Below are positions 40,000 through 49,830 of a stretch of DNA of 64,000 nt, one piece after another. The notes beneath the pieces were generated by a model that was not told where the DNA came from, searched no databases, and saw only the letters and a program-made list of their open reading frames with translations. The position numbers were made by a program, and so were the translations under genes. Position 1 is the first letter of the stretch, and every line of letters starts with the position of its first letter. The DNA is taken from positions 186,001 to 250,000 of IMG/VR virus record IMGVR_UViG_3300032242_000723; one strand, 5' to 3'.

Positions 40000-40619
40000 T
40001 GTCTTTGATCACATTATCTTATAAGGTTGAAGGCTTCCTAAAAATCTACGACCCCAACAACGGGGAAATCTTTGTAGACAAGAAGAATGCGATCAACTAT
40101 GAAAATATGTCGGTAGCGATTGCAGATACGCTTAGTAGTCGTGGCTACGGTGAAATATATCAAATGGCATTTGGTAATGGCGGTGCATCTGTTGACCAAA
40201 CAGGGGTTATCACCTACTTGCCACCTAACGTTACTGGACAGAACGCAGCACTATATAATGAGACATACGCTAAGATCGTAGACGATACTAGCGTATTCAA
40301 CTTAGACCCTACTAGAAACAAGATGACAGTTTATCACACTGCTGGTCGCTTGTACACTGACATTCTTGTACAATGCTTGCTTGACTACGGTGAACCTTCT
40401 GGTCAAGCCGCATTTGATAATAGTACACAAACAGATTCGGCATACATATTCGATGAGTTAGGCTTATTAGCAAATTACGGTACTGATAGCAATGGTATTC
40501 CGATCACTCGATTACTGACTCATGTAATCTTTCACCCTGTTCAGAAATCACTGAATAGACAGATTCAAATCGATTATACTGTTCGTATTCAAAGCTTGAC
40601 TAACTTAGTAACTATATAA
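39999..40619 (+). CDS. Virion structural protein (baseplate/fibre attachment-like)
   Basis: MAFGNGG, FDELGL, THVIFHPVQKS motifs; structural module context. Confidence 0.55.
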   Translation: MSLITLSYKVEGFLKIYDPNNGEIFVDKKNAINYENMSVAIADTLSSRGYGEIYQMAFGNGGASVDQTGVITYLPPNVTGQNAALYNETYAKIVDDTSVFNLDPTRNKMTVYHTAGRLYTDILVQCLLDYGEPSGQAAFDNSTQTDSAYIFDELGLLANYGTDSNGIPITRLLTHVIFHPVQKSLNRQIQIDYTVRIQSLTNLVTI

Positions 40620-40622
40620 GAT

Positions 40623-40630
40623 GATAAATA
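40623..40630 (+). promoter_or_regulatory. Late promoter GATAAATA
   Basis: Upstream of fibre-like gene. Confidence 0.7.
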
Positions 40631-40652
40631 AAGATAACGGAGCAATTTAAAG

Positions 40653-41879
40653 ATGGCATATACAATTGTAAAAAGTAATGGTACGGTATTGACCACCATT
40701 GCTGACGGTACGATCAACACTACGAGTACCTCTTTAGGGTTGCCTGGTAGAAACTACGCAGGATATGGTCAATCGCTTGACACTAATCAGGTACATTTGC
40801 TTGAAAATTTCGCAGATGTCACTCCACCTGCTAATCCGCTAAGAGGTCAGCTTTGGTACAACACTAATAGTAGCACATTGTACGTTTGTCCTACTGACGG
40901 ACAATCAAACGGATTAGCTTGGTTAGCATTGACATCGACTTCATCAGGCGGAACGACTACATTCGGTGCTGTTACTGTCACTGGCAACCTAACTGCTAAT
41001 AATATTTCTGCTACTAATAATAGCAACGCAAATGCAATGTCAACTAGCTACCTAACTGTTTCTATTCAAGCTGATATTGGTAATGCAAATGTTACCTCTG
41101 CTAATATAGGAACTTTAAAAACTACTGCAATTACGACAGGTGCAGCAACATCAGGTGGAACACTTACTGGTGTTTGGACTGTTACGGGTTCAGCAGGTGG
41201 TTCAGGTGCGAATGCAGTAGTATTTGATACTGGCGGTATCTATATCAGTAACTCAGCAGGCGCTAACTTATACGGTATCAAGACTGACAAGTACATGTAT
41301 GCGAACGGTGCTCCGATCTCGTTTGCTGGTACATATAGCAACTCAAATGTCGCTTCTTACTTGCCTACTTATAATGGAAACATTCTTACTACACAAACGC
41401 AAGCAATCGTTCTTACTACTGGTGCAAACACTACCGCCGGCAACATTACTGGTAACTGGTCACTCACTGCTGGTTCACGACTCAACGCTACATACGCTGA
41501 CTTGGCCGAACGTTTCGAAGCTGATGAAATCTATTCTGCCGGTACAGTAGTTCAGATTGGTGGTATTAAAGAGATTACTGCTGTTAAGTATGAACTCGCT
41601 GAAGATGTCTTCGGTGTTATCTCTGATAGTGCTGGTTTCGTTATGAACTCTTCAGCAGGAAACAACGACACTCACCCTGCTGTAGCTGTTTCTGGTCGTG
41701 TTCCTGTTAATGTAACTGGTAAAGTAGCTAAAGGTCAACGTCTTGTTAGTGCAGGTGAAGGTGTCGCTCGTGCTGCTAGAGTAGGTGAAGCGACTGCGTT
41801 CAACACAATCGGCAGAGCATTAGAAGCAAAAACCACAGATGGTCTCGGATACGTCGAAGCCTTTGTTACGATTCGTTAA
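40653..41879 (+). CDS. Tail fibre-like protein with C-terminal intramolecular-chaperone-like domain
   Basis: N-terminal LLENFA...P..GQLWY; C-terminal YADLAE.F...GTVV...GRVPV.V.G.V.KG.RLV...IG.AL. Confidence 0.65.
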   Translation: MAYTIVKSNGTVLTTIADGTINTTSTSLGLPGRNYAGYGQSLDTNQVHLLENFADVTPPANPLRGQLWYNTNSSTLYVCPTDGQSNGLAWLALTSTSSGGTTTFGAVTVTGNLTANNISATNNSNANAMSTSYLTVSIQADIGNANVTSANIGTLKTTAITTGAATSGGTLTGVWTVTGSAGGSGANAVVFDTGGIYISNSAGANLYGIKTDKYMYANGAPISFAGTYSNSNVASYLPTYNGNILTTQTQAIVLTTGANTTAGNITGNWSLTAGSRLNATYADLAERFEADEIYSAGTVVQIGGIKEITAVKYELAEDVFGVISDSAGFVMNSSAGNNDTHPAVAVSGRVPVNVTGKVAKGQRLVSAGEGVARAARVGEATAFNTIGRALEAKTTDGLGYVEAFVTIR

Positions 41880-41891
41880 TAGGAAGCACAG

Positions 41892-42845
41892 ATGAGTTAC
41901 GCACAATTTGGTACAATCCAAGCTTCTGACTTCAATACTCTTGTCGGTGGCAACCCTACAACAACGTCAGGTACATTAAATGCTGTATGGGCAACAGGCG
42001 GAACAACTGCTGGATATGGACAAACTGCGGTAGCTAACGTTACTGTAGGACAAACAGTTGCATCAACTGCACAATGGACGGCTCTTGTTTCTAATACCGC
42101 ATCTGCTGCGACTCATCAAGGAACATCAATCACTGCTGTTACTGCCCCTGCTGCTGGCGGTGTTGTAACATACCTTTCTGCTATTCCAACTAACTTGACA
42201 TCGATTTATACTGGAAGATTAAATGCTGCAACACAAGGCGGCACATCTGCAAACACTGTAACGTTTGCGTCAACTTGGTCATCATTGTTGACCTTTACTC
42301 ATACTGCTACATTTGCAAACGGTGACGCTGCTAGATATTTCTTTAATTCAGGTGGACAGATCAAGATGACTGTTTCGCATCCTTCAGGTACTGGTATCGA
42401 CTTACTCTTTAACAACTTAGCATCAAACGTAGGTACGGTTGCAATGAGTGCAGTAACTTCGGGTACCCAAACTATCAGTGCAGTATCATACAACGGCATC
42501 ACTAAGATAGGCGGCGGCGGTAACGCTCCTACGATTGACTCGACTAAGGGCTATTTCGGACAAACAGTGTCAAATGCTAACGTATTCACTCAGCTTGCAT
42601 CAACTGGTCCTGCAGGTTACTTAAGTACATTCATTCGCTTCATCACCAAATCAAACGGTACTCAAGGTGCAAACGGTGATGCTGGTTCAGTCATTACTAT
42701 CTACACAGTATGGGACGAAGTTCCTGATGGTCTAGTTGTATCAGCCGGTTCTGCAACTACTATGACTCTTGTACCTCCTGAGTCAACAAACATCGCCAAT
42801 ACATGGGGTGCTGTTACCCTTGCTGGTACTGCGTCAGGCGTATAA
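41892..42845 (+). CDS. Virion structural protein (Thr/Gly/Ala-rich)
   Basis: F.N.DAARYFFNSGG motif; composition and context. Confidence 0.5.
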   Translation: MSYAQFGTIQASDFNTLVGGNPTTTSGTLNAVWATGGTTAGYGQTAVANVTVGQTVASTAQWTALVSNTASAATHQGTSITAVTAPAAGGVVTYLSAIPTNLTSIYTGRLNAATQGGTSANTVTFASTWSSLLTFTHTATFANGDAARYFFNSGGQIKMTVSHPSGTGIDLLFNNLASNVGTVAMSAVTSGTQTISAVSYNGITKIGGGGNAPTIDSTKGYFGQTVSNANVFTQLASTGPAGYLSTFIRFITKSNGTQGANGDAGSVITIYTVWDEVPDGLVVSAGSATTMTLVPPESTNIANTWGAVTLAGTASGV

Positions 42846-42871
42846 CTTTTTTACTAGCAACATAGTGTCCA

Positions 42872-42879
42872 TATAAATA
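42872..42879 (+). promoter_or_regulatory. Canonical T4-type late promoter TATAAATA heading the glyco/radical SAM cluster
   Basis: Exact TATAAATA 16 nt upstream of ORF 42896, which has a GAGGA RBS. Confidence 0.75.
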
Positions 42880-42895
42880 CTCGTAAGAGGATCAG

Positions 42896-43201
42896 ATGGA
42901 TACCAAAACATTAATTGCAGACGCTAAAGCCAGATTCAATCACAACTCCGCTAAAGCATATCTTAAAGAAAAATATGAAGCAAAACTGTTCGTAGCAGAA
43001 CAAGGTGGCTTGTGGAAAGCCGACCAACAAACAATTGCTTTCTTACATGCTAGTCCAGCCCGTGAAGTTGTGATAGTTGACACCTTTGGAAATCCAGTAT
43101 TGGTTGACCCAAAATCTTTAGTAACGAAATTAGGGGAAACTTATGAGACCGTTATGCTTGAATGGCATACTGAATGGCAGGAACTTGAAGGTAAACGATG
43201 A
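42896..43201 (+). CDS. Hypothetical protein, first gene of modification operon
   Basis: Good RBS, ATGA overlap with next gene. Confidence 0.7.
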   Translation: MDTKTLIADAKARFNHNSAKAYLKEKYEAKLFVAEQGGLWKADQQTIAFLHASPAREVVIVDTFGNPVLVDPKSLVTKLGETYETVMLEWHTEWQELEGKR

Positions 43202-44013
43202 CTCGCGGAGTACTACTGTTCGCCTTTAACTCTCTCAAATATAACTACTATGAAATGGCATTACACACTGCCAAACGTGCTAATCACTTCTTGGGACTAC
43301 CAGTAACGCTTGTTACTGATGAAGAATCGTATCCAGATGATGAGACATATGTTTGGGATAAGGTGATTAAAGTAGTACCCGATAAAGATAACTTTAGAGA
43401 TTGGGGACAGTGGATCAACAAAGGCAGATACATGGCCTATGATCTTAGCCCATACGATGAGACTATTCTATTAGACGTAGATTACGTTATCAACTCTGAC
43501 AAACTACTGACAACCTTTAACATATATGAAGACTTTGCTTGTCACAATAAGACTAACTTTTTGATGCACCCTGATGCTTCGCAAGAGTTATTGTCAGCAT
43601 ACAGCTATGAGACATTGTGGGCCACTGTGGTTACATTCAAAAAGTCAACTAGGGCAGAGCAAATCTTTAGATCACTAGAAATGGTTCAGAAGAACTATGA
43701 TCACTATGCTAATATACATTCATTCATTGCTGGTGTATACCGTAATGACTATGCACTAACACTTGCGTTACGCATTGTTAACGGACACAGTACTAATCCT
43801 AGTGATGTAATACCATGGGACCTAGTGCATGTCGGTAAGAACACTCAAATCTATGCGAATACCACGGATGAGTTCAATACAGAATATACAGTAATGTTTG
43901 ACAACTGGCAGCGTGGTAAAATTCGCAAAGAGTATATCACTATCAAGGATATGGATTTCCACCTCATGAACAAGGATTTATTTAAGGAGATTATTAATGG
44001 AACTGACGACTAG
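43198..44013 (+). CDS. Glycosyltransferase, GT-A fold (GT8-like)
   Basis: SPYDETILLDVDY (DxD), RND.A motif. Confidence 0.7.
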   Translation: MTRGVLLFAFNSLKYNYYEMALHTAKRANHFLGLPVTLVTDEESYPDDETYVWDKVIKVVPDKDNFRDWGQWINKGRYMAYDLSPYDETILLDVDYVINSDKLLTTFNIYEDFACHNKTNFLMHPDASQELLSAYSYETLWATVVTFKKSTRAEQIFRSLEMVQKNYDHYANIHSFIAGVYRNDYALTLALRIVNGHSTNPSDVIPWDLVHVGKNTQIYANTTDEFNTEYTVMFDNWQRGKIRKEYITIKDMDFHLMNKDLFKEIINGTDD

Positions 44014-44224
44014 TATGTTAAATGTACAACCCTATATTACTGGAAACGCATTTGGCTATTTTAACCCAAGTACTCTTACTACGGCTTTTCCAGATTTTGT
44101 AGGTAAGTATAAGGCGATACCAGTATTTGACCCGATAGAAGCACCGTTCGGTGGGCATATACTAGAGTTTGAAAATAGTGCAGATAAGATGTGGTTTATA
44201 TTAAAGCATGTTAAACATGGATAA
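43997..44224 (+). CDS. Small protein, isolated member of the C-terminal-motif family
   Basis: Ends LEFENSADKMWFILKH, matching the 48-50 kb array motif; overlaps both flanking GT genes. Confidence 0.6.
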   Translation: MELTTSMLNVQPYITGNAFGYFNPSTLTTAFPDFVGKYKAIPVFDPIEAPFGGHILEFENSADKMWFILKHVKHG

Positions 44225-44972
44225 AGGTTTTGTAATAATGGCTCAAGGTGATGACTATGTTAAGTGTGCTGTAGCACTTGAGCGTAGCATCAAGAATGTA
44301 ATGCCAGATGCCAATGTAACGATCATTACTACAGAGATGCTTCCATATGGGGATCAAGCATCTGATACTGATTGGAAGTTACAAAACGATTGGCAGGTAT
44401 ATGAGAGCAGTCCGTACGAATACACGATCAAGTTAGAAGCCGATATGTATATCCCACGGTCTATTGACTTCTGGTGGGATATATTGAAAGATCGTGATGT
44501 TGTGGTATCTACTACAGCTAGAAATTTTAAGCAAGAGATAACGGGTATCAACGCATATCGTAGATTCATCGTTGATAACAATCTGCCAAACTGCTATAAC
44601 GGTATCACATATTTCCATAAGTCGGATACAGCCAAACAGTTCTACGAGACAGTGCGAACTATCTTTGAAAACTGGGGAGAGTTTCGTAATACATTAAAAT
44701 GTAACGTTGATGAACAAGCTACCACAGACTGGGTGTATGCACTCGCATGTCATATGATGGGAGTAGAAAATACCACTTTGCCTCATGCTGATTTTATGTC
44801 AATGGTACATATGAAACAGTTCATCAACGGTCTTCCAACTGAAAACTGGACAGACACCTTGATCTACGAGATTCTCCCACATACATTAAGAGTCAATACG
44901 ATTCCTCAAATGTATCCTTTCCACTATCATATCAAGTCATTTGCTGATACATTATTGGAGAATGTTAAATGA
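44217..44972 (+). CDS. Glycosyltransferase, GT-A fold (paralogue of 43198)
   Basis: SPYEYTIKLEADM, TD..YALA, HMK motifs; start probably MDKGF. Confidence 0.65.
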   Translation: MDKGFVIMAQGDDYVKCAVALERSIKNVMPDANVTIITTEMLPYGDQASDTDWKLQNDWQVYESSPYEYTIKLEADMYIPRSIDFWWDILKDRDVVVSTTARNFKQEITGINAYRRFIVDNNLPNCYNGITYFHKSDTAKQFYETVRTIFENWGEFRNTLKCNVDEQATTDWVYALACHMMGVENTTLPHADFMSMVHMKQFINGLPTENWTDTLIYEILPHTLRVNTIPQMYPFHYHIKSFADTLLENVK

Positions 44973-45310
44973 GTGATGAAGAACACGTAATCGTATGGCA
45001 AGCCCCAGAAATCATTGCACCTGAGTTTAGACTCTACTATGATGACAAGGGCTATCTCATTTGTTATACTTGTGAAAAACTTGATGGTAACTATATCGTC
45101 ATCGATGCACTAACATTCGCTGAAGGTAGACCAGATGTCAGAGTAGCAGATGGCAGACTTGTTAGAGCTAGTACTGGTTCGGTTGTCTCTAAACTACAAA
45201 TTGAACTTGACCCAGAATCTGGAAGTGTATTATGCGAAGTAGAAGACATCAGTATCATTACTGAAACAAATGGAAAATATTGGAAACTAAGGACCTATGA
45301 GCTTAGATAA
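44969..45310 (+). CDS. Hypothetical protein
   Basis: Coupled ORF with GGAG RBS. Confidence 0.65.
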   Translation: MSDEEHVIVWQAPEIIAPEFRLYYDDKGYLICYTCEKLDGNYIVIDALTFAEGRPDVRVADGRLVRASTGSVVSKLQIELDPESGSVLCEVEDISIITETNGKYWKLRTYELR

Positions 45311-46244
45311 TATAGTAGACATTGCTGATCTTGATGTGATTTATCTGTCCTATGATGAACCACAGAAGGAGGAGTTCTGGCTTAAGATTAAGAACATGGT
45401 ACCCTGGGCGGTTCGTGTTGATAGCGTTAAGGGATCAGATGCAGCACATAAAGCAGCAGCAGAAATGTCAACGACTGAACGCTTTATTCTCATTGACGGT
45501 GACAACATGCCCAACGAGAACTTCTTTAATCTGCAACTAGACTTCACTGACAAAGACCCTAGCTACCATCTAGCACAGTATCGTTGGAGAGCGATCAACT
45601 CTATCAATGGACTACGCTATGGTAATGGTGGCATGTCAAGCTGGACTAAGACTTATGTTGCGAATATGCACACACACGAGACTAGCGACGGGAGTGACGC
45701 TACAACGGTAGATTTCTGCATGGATTCTACTAATAGTTTGTATTGGAGTATGTACGACTGCTATTCAACTACGTATCCGAACTACACTCCTTTCCAAGCA
45801 TGGCGAGCAGGATTCCGTGAAGGTGTAAAGATGGTGCTTGATCGTGGCGCAAAGCCTAGCATTGAAGACCTCAAAGATAGAGTAGCATCACGCAATCTAA
45901 ACAATCTCACGATCTGGCAGAATGTTGGCATGGACGTAGAGAACGGTGCATGGGCTATTTATGGAGCAAGACTTGGTACTCATATGACTATGCTATCAGA
46001 CTGGGACTACAGAGACGTAGCATGGTTTGACAACTTTCCTGAACTATGGGAAAAGCATAAGACAAACCCTATTCATTACGCAGAAGAGATTGGCGAAGAC
46101 TTGCAAGACAAGCTCGGTCTACCCATCTGCACACTTGACGCAAAGCAGTCAGCATTCTTCAAGCGGCATTATAATGCTGACAAGCACAACTTGGGTCCCC
46201 TCGTTAAAGAGATGGACATTATCAGAAAAATAGAAGGATGGTAA
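45297..46244 (+). CDS. Glycosyltransferase-like protein (GT-A)
   Basis: YLSYDEP, FILIDGD (DxD), YGNGG, AWRAGFREGVK motifs. Confidence 0.6.
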   Translation: MSLDNIVDIADLDVIYLSYDEPQKEEFWLKIKNMVPWAVRVDSVKGSDAAHKAAAEMSTTERFILIDGDNMPNENFFNLQLDFTDKDPSYHLAQYRWRAINSINGLRYGNGGMSSWTKTYVANMHTHETSDGSDATTVDFCMDSTNSLYWSMYDCYSTTYPNYTPFQAWRAGFREGVKMVLDRGAKPSIEDLKDRVASRNLNNLTIWQNVGMDVENGAWAIYGARLGTHMTMLSDWDYRDVAWFDNFPELWEKHKTNPIHYAEEIGEDLQDKLGLPICTLDAKQSAFFKRHYNADKHNLGPLVKEMDIIRKIEGW

Positions 46245-46247
46245 GGT

Positions 46248-46727
46248 ATGAATAACTGGAAAGACTATGTGGGATATCAACCACTAAACGAAGAAGAATT
46301 ACCTAGAGCTTATTATTCCTTAGTTTATACTACTACAACAAATGAAGACGGATCATTAAACGTTTCTACTCGTATCAATACAGTAGCAATAGGCATATCT
46401 GAAATGACGTTGACTGAAAATGAAGTGGGGAAGGCAGTAGAAGATGTACTATCAACATTTCCAAAACGAGAAATCAAAAATATTGTTGAACTACAACGGG
46501 CTAAAAACGAGATTGCTCTTACTACGCGACACACCTTTCCGGATACTAACTTCAATGATGTTTGGTATTATAATGGTCCTGGATCAATCGACAGTGCAAT
46601 TTATGTTATCAGTTATATGGGGCATTATGCAGTTAAAAAGCATGTTGATTTTGAAAAGTATGGTTTTATTGTAACATCTACTCCCACAGCCAGTGAACAA
46701 CCTATCAAGTTTGTACCGCTAGAATAA
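46248..46727 (+). CDS. Hypothetical protein, faint resemblance to gp23 capsid C-terminal motifs
   Basis: RAKNEIALTTR and YNG...DSAI segments. Confidence 0.5.
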   Translation: MNNWKDYVGYQPLNEEELPRAYYSLVYTTTTNEDGSLNVSTRINTVAIGISEMTLTENEVGKAVEDVLSTFPKREIKNIVELQRAKNEIALTTRHTFPDTNFNDVWYYNGPGSIDSAIYVISYMGHYAVKKHVDFEKYGFIVTSTPTASEQPIKFVPLE

Positions 46728-48127
46728 TGTCAAACGAAACCAATAGAATCAAGGATATCCAGATCAGAGTAGAGAACGAGGCTACTCCTACATTCTGTAT
46801 GGCTAAGTGGCACCATGTGACATTATATCTACAAACTGGCGAAACACATTCTTGTTATCACCCACAACCACACAAGATTCCTTTTGCTGAACTCAAAGAT
46901 AATCCTTCTGCATTACACAATACAATGCACAAGAAACTTGAGCGTAAAGAGATGCTTGAAGGCAAGAAGCCAACTGGTTGCGAATATTGCTGGAAGATTG
47001 AAGCACTTGGCAAAGACTATATCTCTGATCGTCATATTAGAAACAGTTCTATCTTTACTGAAGAACGCTTTGAACAGACGGTCAGAGGACCCTGGGACCA
47101 GAACATCAACCCAGAATATCTTGAGATTAATTTTGGTAACGAGTGTAACTTTCAATGTGGTTACTGTCATCCAAAGTACTCTACTAAGTTCTATAAAGAG
47201 ATTGAGAAGTTCGGCCCAGTAGAAAGTGTAAAGAATCATCGCTGCGATATTGACTGGATGAAGTTATATCAGCGTGAAGAAGAAAATCCATATGTAGATG
47301 CATTCTGGAAGTGGTGGCCTGAACTTAGGCAGACACTAAACATCATGCGTGTTACTGGTGGCGAGCCAACACTGCACAAGAGTACATGGCAACTGTTAGA
47401 CAAGATTGAGGCAGACCCCATGCCCTGGTTAGAACTTAACATCAATAGCAATCTTGGTACAAAGAACATATTGATTGATCGTCTTGCAACTAAGGTAAAG
47501 AAGTTCTGTGACGAGGATAAGATTCAATCGTTCAAGTTGTTCACATCGCTTGACACCTGGGGACCTCGTGCCGAGTACATTCGCAATGGTCTTGACCTTG
47601 AACTATGGGAACAGAACTTCCACACATATCTGACAAAGAGTGACAGTCCAATCACATTCATGGTCACGTTCAATATCTTCTCAGTAACGACATTCAAATC
47701 ACTGTTAGAGAAGTTCTTAGAGTGGCGTAGACAGTATGGCTGGTACGAGCACAAGACAAGCGACAAGCATAGAGTACGCTTTGACACCCCATACCTTCGT
47801 GATCCATTACAATATGATATGAACATCCTTCCCAAAGAAGAGTACATGCCCTATATGCATGACGCATTGAAGTTCATGGAAGACAACCTAGACGATAATA
47901 GACACGACGCATTTACCACGATTGAGTACGAAAAGTTCAAAAGAGTGGTTGACTATATGGCAGAAACCGTTTACAGTGAAGACAAGTTAGTTGAAGGTCG
48001 TAGAGATTTCTACAACTGGTTCAATGAGTTGGATGATCGCAGAGAGACAGATTTCTTGTCAGTCTTTCCAGAAATGTTGGAGTTCTATAGGCTATGTCAA
48101 CAAACGAACTTATCAAACCCGATGTAA
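46727..48127 (+). CDS. Radical SAM enzyme with N-terminal twitch-like Fe-S domain
   Basis: CNFQCGYC, TGGEP; N-terminal FC..KW...SC.H...CEYC. Confidence 0.9.
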   Translation: MSNETNRIKDIQIRVENEATPTFCMAKWHHVTLYLQTGETHSCYHPQPHKIPFAELKDNPSALHNTMHKKLERKEMLEGKKPTGCEYCWKIEALGKDYISDRHIRNSSIFTEERFEQTVRGPWDQNINPEYLEINFGNECNFQCGYCHPKYSTKFYKEIEKFGPVESVKNHRCDIDWMKLYQREEENPYVDAFWKWWPELRQTLNIMRVTGGEPTLHKSTWQLLDKIEADPMPWLELNINSNLGTKNILIDRLATKVKKFCDEDKIQSFKLFTSLDTWGPRAEYIRNGLDLELWEQNFHTYLTKSDSPITFMVTFNIFSVTTFKSLLEKFLEWRRQYGWYEHKTSDKHRVRFDTPYLRDPLQYDMNILPKEEYMPYMHDALKFMEDNLDDNRHDAFTTIEYEKFKRVVDYMAETVYSEDKLVEGRRDFYNWFNELDDRRETDFLSVFPEMLEFYRLCQQTNLSNPM

Positions 48128-48357
48128 AAGCTGGCTGGTCTATGGATTACCAGATGATCCGTTTGGACAACTTCGCACGACGAGGATGGTCTAAGGATGC
48201 GAACGGTGTAACATACAGTGTCAGTGCGAGAGTGAGGCCTGAGATTGAACGCTGGGTTAGACAACAAAATATTGATATGTATGAAATATTAGATAATCGT
48301 TACATTTGGTTCAAGGACCCTGAACTTGAAACTCTCTTCCTGTTGAGATGGTCATGA
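48094..48357 (+). CDS. Array small protein 1
   Basis: Ends FKDPELETLFLLRWS. Confidence 0.7.
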   Translation: MSTNELIKPDVKAGWSMDYQMIRLDNFARRGWSKDANGVTYSVSARVRPEIERWVRQQNIDMYEILDNRYIWFKDPELETLFLLRWS

Positions 48358-48623
48358 TGGCGCTTTGTGAGACCGAGGCCGACGAGATCATTCGCACCGC
48401 CGCCGTCGATATATTCGGTGACGCCGGAAATCTGGACCACTATATTGATCGAGGTTGGCACAAAAAGACAAAAAGTACCTATATTATAGCTGCCCTTTTT
48501 CCTGAGATTAATGAGTGGATCAAGCAACAAAATCCTGACATGATTGAAGAAGTTGTAGAGGAATATTGTTATCGTTTCAAGAACCCTGAACTTGAAACCC
48601 TCTTTCTGTTAAGGTGGGGATGA
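48354..48623 (+). CDS. Array small protein 2
   Basis: ATGA-coupled; ends FKNPELETLFLLRWG. Confidence 0.75.
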   Translation: MMALCETEADEIIRTAAVDIFGDAGNLDHYIDRGWHKKTKSTYIIAALFPEINEWIKQQNPDMIEEVVEEYCYRFKNPELETLFLLRWG

Positions 48624-48850
48624 CTATAAAAAGACTACCATACGAAGTCATACTTGAAGACTTCCACGGGTCCGCACATGCTGAAGTATGGTGTGAAGAA
48701 CAGTTTGGTAAACGCTGGGGTCCATCTAGTGATCGTTTTGGTAACTGGGCGGCCCTTAGTGTCCCACGCCTCCTTTCAGCGCCTACTAAAATCAAGTTTC
48801 TCTTCGCAAATGAAAAGGACGCTATATTCTTTAAGTTGAGATGGTCATGA
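48620..48850 (+). CDS. Array small protein 3
   Basis: ATGA-coupled; ends FANEKDAIFFKLRWS. Confidence 0.75.
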   Translation: MTIKRLPYEVILEDFHGSAHAEVWCEEQFGKRWGPSSDRFGNWAALSVPRLLSAPTKIKFLFANEKDAIFFKLRWS

Positions 48851-49113
48851 AGTTTAAGTTACGAGAAAATACAAATCATGTAACCGATTTCGTGACCCAG
48901 GAACTAAAATTAAGATCCATATGGGAAAGAGGTTACGCATTTTGTGGAACGGCTTTGGGCAGGTACAAGGTTTACCAGCTAAGAAATGACGTTGCTGAAT
49001 GGGTGCATCAGCAAGATCCTACTAAGTGGACACGGTATGAAGTAGAGTACTCGCACGATGTTTACCACTTTAGCGATGAACTCATGATGCTACTAATATT
49101 AAGATGGTCATGA
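48847..49113 (+). CDS. Array small protein 4
   Basis: ATGA-coupled; ends FSDELMMLLILRWS. Confidence 0.75.
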   Translation: MKFKLRENTNHVTDFVTQELKLRSIWERGYAFCGTALGRYKVYQLRNDVAEWVHQQDPTKWTRYEVEYSHDVYHFSDELMMLLILRWS

Positions 49114-49361
49114 GTACAATAGCACAAAACAATAAGTTCATTCTTTTTCGCAAAAAGTTTCAGCGTCCCAAAGGCGGCAGCAAGAACATGTTTGTTGTCT
49201 CGCTATTGCTGCCTTATTATTATACCCAAGATGAACGATCAGAAGTACTAAACACTTTGGTATCCTTTAACGGACGAGAGTGGGGAAGTTTGTCTGCTGT
49301 ATTTCGCAAGAAAGTAGATGCTGAAAAGGCATGGATATTTATAACGTTGAAATGGGGATGA
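49110..49361 (+). CDS. Array small protein 5
   Basis: ATGA-coupled; ends FRKKVDAEKAWIFITLKWG. Confidence 0.75.
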   Translation: MSTIAQNNKFILFRKKFQRPKGGSKNMFVVSLLLPYYYTQDERSEVLNTLVSFNGREWGSLSAVFRKKVDAEKAWIFITLKWG

Positions 49362-49603
49362 CTAAGAAATATTTCATTCCTATTAGCGATAGTGAAAAAC
49401 GGTTCCGTCCCGGAAACTTTCCTTCTGGTACCAAATTCTATCTTACGATTGAAAGTTGGAGAAACTTTGTCAAGGCATGTGAGTATGATGACAAAGTAAT
49501 CAAAGTTTGGTTAGAAACCGAATATAACGCTAAGCTAATAAATGATGTTATTGTCTTTGAGGATGAAAAAGATAAAATCATGTGGTTATTGAGGTGGGGA
49601 TGA
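49358..49603 (+). CDS. Array small protein 6
   Basis: ATGA-coupled; ends FEDEKDKIMWLLRWG. Confidence 0.75.
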   Translation: MTKKYFIPISDSEKRFRPGNFPSGTKFYLTIESWRNFVKACEYDDKVIKVWLETEYNAKLINDVIVFEDEKDKIMWLLRWG

Positions 49604-49830
49604 GTGTCACATATATAACTGATGAAGACATTACTGATAAGCTTTGGGACGAGTATGAGGCGGGCTGGCCAGTAATGCCGGGCTTTACAGAATGGTTGCG
49701 TGATGTTAGAATCCCATATGCTGTTACGATAAAGACTGTTCATTCCGGCGATATCAATGGCTTTACCTATGGATGTAGCATCAGATTCAAAGAGGAGAAA
49801 GACTTGACTTACTTTCTGTTGACGATATGA
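49600..49830 (+). CDS. Array small protein 7
   Basis: ATGA-coupled; ends FKEEKDLTYFLLTI. Confidence 0.75.
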   Translation: MSVTYITDEDITDKLWDEYEAGWPVMPGFTEWLRDVRIPYAVTIKTVHSGDINGFTYGCSIRFKEEKDLTYFLLTI

